From: Octopus vulgaris
Taxonomy: Eukaryota
Assembly: GCA_951406725.2 (NCBI GenBank)
Contig: OX597817.1
Coordinates: 11,036,001-11,100,000, forward strand
Length of the DNA stretch: 64,000 nt
Reading direction: 5' to 3'
The position numbers and the translations under genes are program-made. The notes beneath the pieces were generated by a model. It was given only the letters and a program-made list of their open reading frames with translations, did not search any database and had not been told where the DNA came from. Within the stretch, counting starts at the first letter, position 1. The number at the start of each line of letters is the position of its first letter. Below are positions 53,314 to 64,000 of this stretch, piece by piece.

Positions 53314-53849
53314 AACGGGAAGCAGCGAGAAGGGACCTCGAGATTAAAAAAACCCCATCTAAATTGTGTGTTAACTATCCCAGTTTACTCAAATGTAACA
53401 GCTCACACAGATGCAAGCTACAAAGCGCAGGGAAAAGCAAATGTCCTACGTCCTTTGAAAGAAGTAAAGCTGTCTTATATATAGGTGCATCACTGATTTT
53501 CTGGACACTGATGATCTGGAACCTCTTTTATACCTGATATAATTACAATATAAAAATTGAAATTTTTCTGTTCGCCATATTAGTATACCCAACCTGTAGC
53601 TACAGATGGCATTGCAGACAGTGTATTTCCCTTAAATTTACCCACTACATACTCATTTAATCCTTCAGTATATCTGTTTCATTCAAATTTCAATCGGTGC
53701 ATAGTCCTTTAGAGACATGGAGGAGACACGTCAGCAACTATATTAATGGAACGGATTTAGTTATTCCATGCAGAACTTAAATTAGAATCCCAATGTAATT
53801 AGAATGAAGGATAGCTTCAAAGCTTTACGAAGCATCGCAAAATTTTCAT

Positions 53850-53892
<43 letters not shown>

Positions 53893-54330
53893 GTGTGTGT
53901 GTGTGTATGTGTGTGTGTTTGTAGGTCTATTACATATGCGTTTGGTTTGACGATTTGCAATGTTACATAACAGGTTCTTTAAATTTGAAAATGAAAGATT
54001 GGTTTTGTAAAAAATGCGGTTGAGAATATTAGGGACCTCGAGATTAGAAAAAAACCCATCTAAATTGTGTGTTAACTATCCCAGTTTACTCAAATGTAAC
54101 AGCTCGTAAAAAATACGTAATATTGCTTAGTGTTCTAAAGCGTTCAGGATATTGTATTTTAATTAAAAATTTAATATTCATTAATCAACTGCAAAACTCT
54201 GCTCTCGATTTCCAGAACTTTGAGGTTAATTCTAACATTCCCGTTTAATTTCATTCAGTAATTTAGTTCATATTTCGATTTCATACAGCTATTTATCTAA
54301 TAATCCAGTTTCACTGATACAGGCTGTATT

Positions 54331-54706
54331 GAAGCACTCCGTCGGTTACGACGACGAGGGTTCCGGTTGATCCGAATCAACGGAACAGCCTGCTCGTGAA
54401 ATTAACGTGTAAGTGGCTGAGCACTCCACAGACACGTGTACCCTTAACGCAGTTCTCGGGGATATTCAGCGTGACACAGAGAGTGACAAGGCTGGCCCTT
54501 TGAAATACAGGTACAACAGAAACAGGAAGTAAGAGAAAGTTGTGGTGAAAGAGTACAGCAGGGATCACCACCATCCCCTGCTGGAGCCGCGTAGAGCTTT
54601 AGGTGTTTTCGCTCAATAAACACTCACAACGCCCGGTCTGGGAATCGAAACCGCGATCCTATGACCGCGAGTCCGCTGCCCTAACCACTGGGCCATTGCG
54701 CCTCCA
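54331..54706 (-). mobile_element. SINE family B
   Basis: 13-bp TSD TACAGGCTGTATT. Confidence 0.85.
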
Positions 54707-54962
54707 CTACAGGCTGTATTACTAAACTTGTAACATGCATACTAAGAATTATTAGTAGAAATATTTTTAAACTATCGTTCTCAAAGTCAAGTGCATAGTC
54801 CTTTAGAGACATGGGAGGTATACATTTATTTGCGCAGAAATGCATTGCGGAATTATTATGTACAGAAAAAATGTTATTATGTCCTGAAAGTACGGATAAT
54901 CCTGCAAGGTTGCAGATTATTAGTGGTATACCAGTTATATACGAAATGACGAGTAAATTTGT

Positions 54963-55022
<60 letters not shown>

Positions 55023-56109
55023 GTGTGTGTGTGTGTATGTGTGTGTGTTTGTAGGTCTATTACATATGCGTTTGGTTTGACGATTTGCAATGTTACGGTT
55101 CGGGAAAAAGTGACCGATAGAATAAGTACTGGGCTTACAAAGAATAAGCCCCGGGGTCGATTTGCTCGACTAAAGGTGGTGCTCCAGCATGGCCGCAGTC
55201 AAATGACTGAAACAAGTAAAAGAGTAAAAGAGTATCTTATTTTGGTTTAAGAAGTGTAATAATGTACCGTTTGATGTTGGTATAGGGCCGATGAATTCAA
55301 CAGAAGTCTGCGATATTTTTTAGTATATAGTTTAAATGCCGTACATTTCTGTATATCCTCCGAAGTTTATATCGCGGCGACAGCCTGTTATAATTTCGTG
55401 ATTTTAATATCAAAAAGAAAACTAATAGATTCTTCAAGAACATTCACAAGTTCTTCAAAAATGTAACTTTTTTAATTACACTTAAAATTCAGTTACAAGT
55501 TATAACTTTCTTGATATTTCCTTCAACCTTGACAACGCTCTATTCACACCCAACAAATCCAAAAACAAAAATAATTCACAATTTGTCTACAATTGTATCC
55601 ACAACTTAACTAAATATTCTGATAGTGAAATTAAGAGTTTAGCTAAAAACGAATCCATATGACTCTACTAGATCTTCTAATGAACGGGTTTTCATTAATA
55701 CACCCAACTATTTTAAGGAAGCACGTAACAGGATTGAATACATTGAAAAACGGGAATACATTGAAAAACGGGAATATAACTGTAATACAATTCTGTAGGG
55801 AGTTACTCCTTAGTTACCAGTATTCTAATGTCTGGTCTTGCCCAGGATAGAATGCCTGTAAAGAGCCCCAGTTATGGGTCAAATAGTAGAAGGTGGTTCT
55901 GTGACAAAGGTACACAGAGATCAGAAGACTGTTTGCTCCCAAGACATGTGCCACAAAAACCAGGCCAACTGGTATGTTGACATGTCCTGATGTCAAATAA
56001 AATTGCCCCCTTGCCCTAGGGTTAAACACTTCCTCAAGGGTACACTTGGGAGAGCAGGAGACTAGTTGCCTAATTTGGAAATAAAGCGACAAAGTGCAAC
56101 GGGAAATAA

Positions 56110-56520
56110 CTCTACTCTTTTACTCTTTTACTTGTTTCAGTTATTTGACTGCGACCATGCTGGAGCACTGCCTTTAGTCGAGCAAATCGACCCCGGGACT
56201 TATTCTTTGTAAGCCCAGTACTTATTCTATCGGTCTCTTTCAGCCAAACCGCTAAATGACGGGGACGTAAACACACCAGTATCGGTTGTCAAGCAATGCT
56301 AGGGGGATAAACACAGACACACAAACATATACACACACACTTATATATATATACATATATACGACAGGCTTCTTTCAGTTTCCGTCTACCAAATCCACTC
56401 ACAAGGCATTGGTCGGCCCGGGGCTATAGCAGAAGACACTTGCCCAAGATGCCACGCAGTGGGACTGAACCCGGAACCATGTGGTTGGTAGGCAAGCTAC
56501 TTACCACACAGCCACTCCTG
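56110..56520 (-). mobile_element. SINE family A
   Basis: Family homology. Confidence 0.85.
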
Positions 56521-56600
56521 CTGTATTTTTCTCAAAATAATTATGTACCTTCAGTCCTTGGCATGGAGATCTATGATCCTCGATGTCGGAAGTATGGCAC

Positions 56601-56650
<50 letters not shown>

Positions 56651-57312
56651 GACAGAGGCCGAGAGAGACAGAGAGAGCCAGAGCCAGAGAGAGAAAGATA
56701 GATAGATTGAGATATAAGAGAAGGTGAGAAGGAGAGATAAATGAGAGATAAATGAGAGAGGGGGGAATATTGTAATTAAAATCTCTGCCTCCCTAATTGA
56801 ATACATCAAACTGAGTTTGTATGATCGCCAAAGATTGTCCTTTTAAAGAGAGTTGTAAGGTCAAAGACTTAGTTTAAGCGAACATCGTTAACACAAACGG
56901 AAATTCAATTTCATACAGAAGGTTACCATTCAGTTCATTCAAAATATGGTTTTATCAACATACAAAAATATTCGAAAATCAGAATATCAGGAACCTTGAA
57001 GTCTATTAACAAGGATTTTGATATAATACGAAAAGTTGTTATGATTTGTAAAATCTTGTTCTAACAATATGTTCATGTCTTCTTAATTTATCGACCCCTT
57101 TCGGGGTAGGGGCAGTTGATTATATCGACTCCAGTACGCAACTGGTACTTAATCTATCGATCCCCCCAAAAAGAATTAACCTGAAATTAACAATTTTCTT
57201 TAAACTATGAACATGCTGAGCGAGACTAAATTTTTGCTACTGAAGTTAATTTTCCTAATCAGTATATGTAAACCCAATATTATCCTCATCCAGTTCACTA
57301 ATTTCACAGTTC

Positions 57313-57555
57313 ACAAATGATGTACCGCTCACGGCGACGCTGGAGAGAGTAGAGTTTCAAGGCTTTAAGGCGATCCCAATAATCGAGAGCAGCCATGCCT
57401 TCAATTCGTTTAGTGAGTGCCCTCTGGGGTGATTCAATCTTCGAGATGTTTTGTCTTGTATGGGGAGACCACAGTGGGCAGCAGTATTCGAGGTGTGGCC
57501 GTACAAAGGAGGAGAGAAGTGGTATGATGACACCTTGTTCTCTGGACTGGAAAGT
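57313..57555 (-). pseudogene. CR1-group LINE internal fragment
   Basis: FVRPHLEYCCPLWSPH...IESPQRALTKRIEG...YWDRLKALKLYSLQRRRERYIIC. Confidence 0.85.
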
Positions 57556-58263
57556 TACACACAAACATATACACACACACTTATAAGATCTCCTTTATTG
57601 TAGAGTTTTAGTATCTTTTCAAAATACAAACCTGTTTATAAGCAACCCTTCACTTAATAAGGTAATACACTTTGGCTAAAAACAACCGTCTTCGTCTACT
57701 TAAATAGCCAATACAACTTAAATGATATTCCACTTTTTTCTAATTCATTTTAAATAAGTACATAAAAACAACGGGTTTACTTCTTGGATGGAAAAAAGAA
57801 GGCAAGCAATCAGTCTGGGTTACAGCAGATGCGTCGTTCGTGTCCTGAAAATAGCTTTTCACCCTTCCATTAAAAAAAAAATTTTTTAAATTTAAACCCT
57901 ATGTATTATGAAATATGAAATATGATATTGGTGAGCTGGCAGAATAGTTTGCACACCGAACAAAATGTTTAGCGGCATTTCGTTCGTCTTTACGTTCTGA
58001 GCTCAAATTCCACCGATGTTGACTTTACCATTCTCCCTCTCGGTGTCAATAAAAATAAGTACCCGTCAAGCGACTTCACCCTCCACTCAAAAACTGCTGA
58101 CATTGTGCCAAAATTTGAAACCTTTATTCATAATGAAATTCGCATTCAAATTGCATCATTTATAGAAAACGTATTTACATATCCCTCGACACTTTTATTG
58201 TTACATTCTATTCATACGTACATAAATGCATTTCGGCTGTATCAACGGAAGCATTCAAATCTA

Positions 58264-58496
58264 TTAGGTTGGTGCATAATTATTGCGGTTTTTTTTTTTT
58301 TTCAACAAACTTTATTCAACAAAAGCAATAAAATGACGGTCTGACCGTCTGCCAAGTAAATGGGAAGCAGGAATTAAAGTAGATGGTGAATATGCTCCGG
58401 AGTAATCATTTAAAGATGTTTTTGTTACATGTTGTTATTGTTTTTGTTGAATAAAATTTGTTGGAAAATAGCCGCAATAATTATGCACCGACCCAA
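58264..58496. mobile_element. mariner-type MITE
   Basis: Long terminal inverted repeats TTAGGTTGGTGCATAATTATTGCGG / CCGCAATAATTATGCACCGACCCAA flanked by TA; resembles Hsmar1/MADE1-type termini. Confidence 0.85.
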
Positions 58497-59170
58497 TATA
58501 AATGTGCTGTTTTAACTTTAACACAAATGAAAATATTCCATATTTAACTACAAATCCTTAGCAGCATTTCGTTTGCTTTTACGTTCTGAGTTCAAATTTC
58601 GACGTGGTTGACTTTGCCTTTTATCCTTTCGGGGTCGATAAAATAAGTATTAGTTGGGCACTGAGGTTGATGTAATCGACTAGCCCCTCCCTCAAAATTT
58701 CAGACCTATTCCCTATAGTAGAAAAAAAATATTTAACTACACTTCACTATACAAATATACTGAAACACTGGTAACCTGTGCTTCTCACTTCTTCCCTCGA
58801 TAGCTGTTTTCTTCTTTATCCTCTTCTTCTTTCATTCTTCTCTCTTTCTCCTTTCTTTCTCGCTTTCTCTGTCTCTCTTTCTCGCTTTCTCTGTCTCTCT
58901 TTCTCCTTTCTTTCTCGCTTTCTCTGCCTCTCTTTCCGTATATATTCTCTTTCTGATTCTCTTACTACACGTTCGATCCTTCTATCCCACTTTCCAACTT
59001 TTATTTTACACTAGATTTACTAGTGTCGGAAAACGTTGTAAACTCGGTATCATTTATTTTCCATTTCCTCTTGCCTATCCTAATCCACTATTTTGTCTGA
59101 GATAAAAGGTATCAACCTAAACGTTACATCGTTTTTCGTTCATTCCATTGGCATATTTGTTTTCATTGTT

Positions 59171-59554
59171 GTGGAGGCGCAATGGCCCAGTGGTTAGGGC
59201 AGCGGACTCGCGGTCATAGAATCGCGGTTTCGATTCCCAGACCGGGCGTTGTGAGTGTTTATTGAGCGAAAACGCCCAAAGCTCCACGAGGCCCCGGCAG
59301 GGGGTGGTGGTGATCCCTTCTGTACTCTTTCACCACAACTTTCTCTCACTCTTACTTCCTGTTTCTGTTGTACCTGTATTTCAAAGGGCCGGCCTTGTCA
59401 CTCTCTGTGTCACGCTGAATATCCCCGAGAACTACGTTAAGGGTACACGTGTCTGTAGAGTGCTCAGCCACTTACACGTTAATTTCACGAGCAGGCTGTT
59501 CCGTTGATCGGATCAACCGGAACCCTCGTCGTCGTAACCGACGGAGTGCTTCCA
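59171..59554 (+). mobile_element. SINE family B
   Basis: TSD of about 19 bp, CATATTTGTTTTCATTGT-like. Confidence 0.85.
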
Positions 59555-60509
59555 CATATTTGTTTTCATTGTATACTTCTTTGTGTGTATGAATGTATAA
59601 TATTTAGGTTAATAACAACCACTTATAGCGATATATAATGTATTAATCGTATAAATCCTCTTCTAATTCCTTTTCACTCTTTTCTTGGTTTTGTTACGAA
59701 ACCTCGTATTGCCCCTTTATGTTTAAAACTTTAAGCTGTTGCTCTTTTTAAGACACTGTAAATCTAATTTTAAATAACGATAAAACTCATGATTTGTTTA
59801 GTCCGTATTTTAGAAATGACGTTTTTAAATCCTGCCTATAATAGTTCTCATAAGAATCGACTGAAAACGCGATATCAACCATGGTTTCATAATTAATATA
59901 AAATTTTTTATTGTGATACAAACGTATAGATGTTTTTAGAATACTGAGCGACACTGTGTATATTTACGACCTTAATTTTAATTAAAATTAAAGACTTAAA
60001 ATATTAATTCGAACACAAAGTTTTATTTATTAATTTTTAAAATAGTCGAAACTTATCTCAGCAATTTCTACTTATTCTCAACAGTATATGTTACAAAACC
60101 ACCGTTCATTTTCAAATTCAAAATCCTAGTTTTATAACATAGTAAGCCGTTAAAATAACACTTAATCTCAGATATATTACTCTTCCATACATACCACAAA
60201 AACTTATTAATCTGTCATTACGTACATAAACACATACCTTCTTCCATAGATTATATATTTACCACAACCTCATTCCAGGCAACTTTGTTAGGTCTTCAAC
60301 ATCTTTACAGATATTTCTAAATAATCTCCTTCACCAGCATCTTTCATTCTTAATCATATAAAGATAAGCATTTTTTTTTTACTATAGTTGTAAAGTTGTA
60401 TGTAGGCGAAGTTTCGAAGTCATTGTAAAAATAAAAAAAAAATTCCACTTTAAGCCTTGAATTCTATATATACCTTTATATACGTCTTCGTATATAAATC
60501 AAAGGATGC

Positions 60510-60861
60510 TGAGACCCCCTTCGTTCATGACTGATCATGGGGTTGCACCAAGAAAGTTACCCTCCCAGGCACAAGTCCGGGCAAGGTTGTTTATGGAAGA
60601 TCAGCAGTCGCCCATGCATACCGGCCTCCTCTCTCCACGCCGCCAGTGTTATCCAAGGGAAAGACAAAGGCCGATACAGTTCGGCACCTGTGACGTCGCA
60701 AACTCATTTTTACAGCTGAGTGAACTGCAGCAACGTGAAATAAAGTGTCTTGCTCAAGAACACAACACGCAGCTCGGTCCGGGATCCGAACTCACAACCT
60801 CACAACCTCACGATCGTAGCTCGACGCTCGACGCTCTAACCACTGAGCCATGCGCCTTCAC
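60510..60861 (-). mobile_element. tRNA-derived CORE-like SINE (family D)
   Basis: Head GGCGCATGGCTCAGTGGTTAGAGCG...GAGTTCGGATCCC; TTCTTGAGCAAGACACTT core. Confidence 0.75.
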
Positions 60862-61038
60862 CGTATATAAATAAAGCATGTATATAAGTATGTGCATATG
60901 TATATTTGTGTGTTTGTGTAAAAACACCTAACTCATATTTCTTTATTTGGCACCACGGCCACAGCACAGAGGGGGACACTACAAGGACAGACAAACACCA
61001 CAATGGGGACATAAAACATAAAACGAATGAGAATGAAA

Positions 61039-61443
61039 TCTTTATATATAAAAGAGAGGTTGTGTGCTGTCTGTCTCCTACGATTTAGATTCCTAACTAC
61101 TCCCACATTTTGCGGTGCAGTTTAACCAAAACCGGATATCTTATAGTCGTGATTCATATCGAGCCCTTCTGGGTATTAGCGCGCGTCTACGATGAGTCTA
61201 CGATTAAAAAAAAATTACCATCATGTTTTTCCCATTTTAATGCATTTTTTCGCTATTATATAAGGGAAGTAACTCTCTAAAAATGTCTACGATGAGTCAA
61301 CGATTTAAAAAAAAATTTACCATAATTTTTTTTCCATTTTTAATGCAATGCATTTTTTTGCTATTTTTTGGCTATAACTCTCTAAAAATGCTTATATAGT
61401 TATTTCCCTTACAAACCCGAGCAACGCCGAGCGATACTGCTAG
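61039..61443 (+). mobile_element. Non-autonomous Helitron with internal partial duplication
   Basis: A|TC...CCCGAGCAACGCCGAG...CTAG|T. Confidence 0.8.
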
Positions 61444-61804
61444 TGTTATATAAAAATGAAGAAATGAAATGGCTGCATGGGTCCCCATTCCCATGCGGTA
61501 CCATTTGAACGTTTATACACACTATTTGCAATCGTTCTATTTTACTATTGTTTTTTCTTAATCATCTTTTTTTTTTACATGAAACACTTTTACTTTTTCC
61601 CTTTTTTCTTCAACAAAACAATTTTACTTACTCTTTTGTTTTCCTTTTTAATACCTCATGTAAGGCTCTGAGTTCAATTACGGGTAGCAGTTCGTCGAAC
61701 TCCACCAACACTCCGGGCGGGTCAGCCTTGTCTCCGCACATGTCTCTCAGTCCCTTGTATGAAAAACTCCTAACTATTATGAACACAAGGGATACTCATA
61801 TCAG

Positions 61805-62000
61805 TCAATAAATGCTTTATTATTTTGGTCTTTCACAATAATATCCGGTTTATTAGCTTTGATGGTTATGTAAAAGAGCCCCAAAAGAATCGTTATATTT
61901 TCTCCCTCAGTAACATTCTCAACATGATGCGTATACCACTTGTCCACGGTTTTGATTTTGTAATGCCAAAAATTAATCACTGTAGACATCCAACTCTGTC
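61805..62000 (-). pseudogene. R4-clade LINE fragment
   Basis: HYKIKTVDKWYTHH...TEGENITIL...IKANKPDIIVKDQNNK; same family as 17376-18169. Confidence 0.75.
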
Positions 62001-62082
62001 TTCTTCTTCTTCTTCTTCTTCTTCTCATACACAACAAATTAGACCATTGGACAAGAAAAATTCCTAATATCCTAAAACAAAA

Positions 62083-63225
62083 CGGTGAGCTAGCTGAATC
62101 GTTAGCACGCTGGGGGAAATTCTTAGCGGTGTTTTGTCTGAGGCTACGTTCTGAGTTCAAATTCTGACGAGGTCGACTTTGCCTTTTGATCCTTTTGGGG
62201 TCGGTAAAATAATCACCAGTCGAGTCCTGGAGTCGATGTAATCGACTAGTCCTCTTCCCACAAATTTCAGACCTTGTGTCGTTAGTAGAAAGGATTCTTC
62301 TTCTTCTTCTTCTTCTTCTTCTTCTTCTTCTTCTTCTTCTTCTTCTTCTTCTTCTTCTTCTTCTTCTTCTTCTTCTTCTTCTCATACACAACAAATTAGA
62401 CCATTGGACAAGAAAAATTCCTAATATCCTAAAACAAGACGGTGAGCTAGCTGAATCGTTAGCACGCTGGGGGAAATTCTTAGCGGTGTTTTGTCTGAGG
62501 CTACGTTCTGGGCTCAAAATCTGCCGAGGTTGACTTTGCCTTTCATCCTTTCGGGATCGATAAATTAAGTACCGGTTGAGTACTGGGGTCGATGTAATCG
62601 ACTATCCCCTTACCCCAAATTTCAGGCCTTGTTTCTATAGCGGAAAATATTATCATTGTTGTTGTCATCATTATCATCATCATCTTTGCACAGCTTCTAA
62701 CGCTGTAGATGTATTATAGTGTCAGCTGTTCACTACCAGTGAACTAAGGTAACACTCCTTATTTTTCGCGTACCATCCAGAGTAATCCAGCGGTCCGAAG
62801 CAGTGCTGTTTTCTGCAAGTGCTCCACCCTTGTTGCAGCCCCTATTTGTTCCATGTACTTCTCAAGATTTTTACTCACTGTTCCCACGGCTCCGAAATTA
62901 TTGGTACTACTACCACCTTTTTCATCGACCGCAACTGCTTAATCTCCCAAGCTAACCTGACATGTCTATCGACTTTTCTGTCTTCCTTATTGTATACCTT
63001 GTTGTCAACTGGGCATGCTATATCTATGATCCAGTATCGCTTGCTTTCTTTCTCAATTAACACTATGTCTGGTTTCCTATTCTCTATCTCATGGTCGCAC
63101 TGAATAATAAAATTCCATAGGATCTTTGCATTATCATTTTCGATGATGCCTTTGGGTTTATATTTGTACTACTTATTTGCTCTGTCAAATCAATACTTGC
63201 TTCAAAGTTGTTGTTGTTGTTGTTA

Positions 63226-63281
<56 letters not shown>

Positions 63282-63563
63282 GTTGTTGTTGTTGTTGTTG
63301 TTGTTATTATTAAGGCGTTAGCGCGCCGGGCCAAATATTTAGTGGTATTTCATCCATCTTTACATTCTGAGTTCAAATTCTGACGAGGTCGACTTTGCCT
63401 TTTGATCCTTTTGGGGTCGGTAAAATAATCACCAGTCGAGTCCTGGAGTCGATGTAATCGACTAGTCCTCTTCCCACAAATTTCAGACCTTGTGTCGTTA
63501 GTAGAAAGGATTCTTCTTCTTCTTCTTCTTCTTCTTCTTCTTCTTCTTCTTCTTCTTCTTCTT

Positions 63564-63628
<65 letters not shown>

Positions 63629-64000
63629 GGCAGCGAGCTGGCAGAATCGTTAGCACACGGGGCAAAATGCTTAGCGGTATTTCGTCTGCGTTACGTTGTG
63701 AGTTCAAATTCCGCCGAGGTCGACTTTGCCTTTCATCCTTTCGGGGTCGATAAATTAAGTACCAGTTACGCACTGGGGTCGATATAATCGACTTAATACC
63801 TATGTCTGTCCTTGTTTGTCCCTTCTGTGTTTAGCCCCTTGTGGGTAATAAAGAAATAGGTATTTCGTCCGTCCTTACATTCTGAGTTTAAACTTCGCTT
63901 CAATCGACTTTGCCCTTCATCTTTTCGGGGTCGATGAAATAAGTACCAGTCGAGAAGGGGTCGATGCAATCGGCTAGCCCCTTCCCTCAAATTTTAGGCC
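62083..64000 (+). mobile_element. Cluster of Meta-like SINEs (62083-62295, 62440-62650, 63312-63512, 63628-63859, 63860-64000) with (CTT)n and (ATT)n tracts
   Basis: Central-domain homology in each copy. Confidence 0.8.
62690..63200 (-). pseudogene. Second R4-clade LINE 3' fragment
   Basis: KILWNF...KPDIVLIEK...IIDIACP.D...KEDRKVDR...LAWEIKQL...VVVVPII. Confidence 0.75.

Noticed and set aside
55829-55979. Short plus-strand ORF with a G|GTATGT donor-like site
   Set aside because: No recognisable homology and no partner exon.
59171-59250. tRNA-like sequences at SINE heads
   Set aside because: They lack a complete cloverleaf and run into SINE bodies with TSDs, so they are not tRNA genes.

Overview
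AT-rich, repeat-saturated eukaryotic intergenic or intronic DNA. The SINE families and microsatellite load look like an Octopus (cephalopod) genome; this is recognition from memory, not a database result. No intact protein-coding gene is supported, and most ORFs in the track are microsatellite or SINE artefacts. The window is a nest of tRNA-derived SINEs (CORE-like, Meta-like and V-like bodies), decayed LINEs (CR1/L2-like, RTE, R4/Dong, Tx1/L1), a Penelope-like RT/GIY-YIG remnant, a Gypsy RNase H remnant, non-autonomous Helitrons and Helentron-type elements, mariner and hAT-like MITEs, and a Merlin (IS1595-like) transposase pseudogene. The most interesting signal is three distinct families of minimal type-I hammerhead-ribozyme-like motifs: one in a tRNA-headed SINE-like element (2028-2280), one with a U3-A8 covariant core in direct and inverted Penelope-like terminal repeats (7.3-8.9 kb and 26.5-26.8 kb), and one with a C4 core variant (7.8 kb and 51.0 kb). 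Several local rearrangements are also visible. All alignments and folds were done by eye, so boundaries are approximate.
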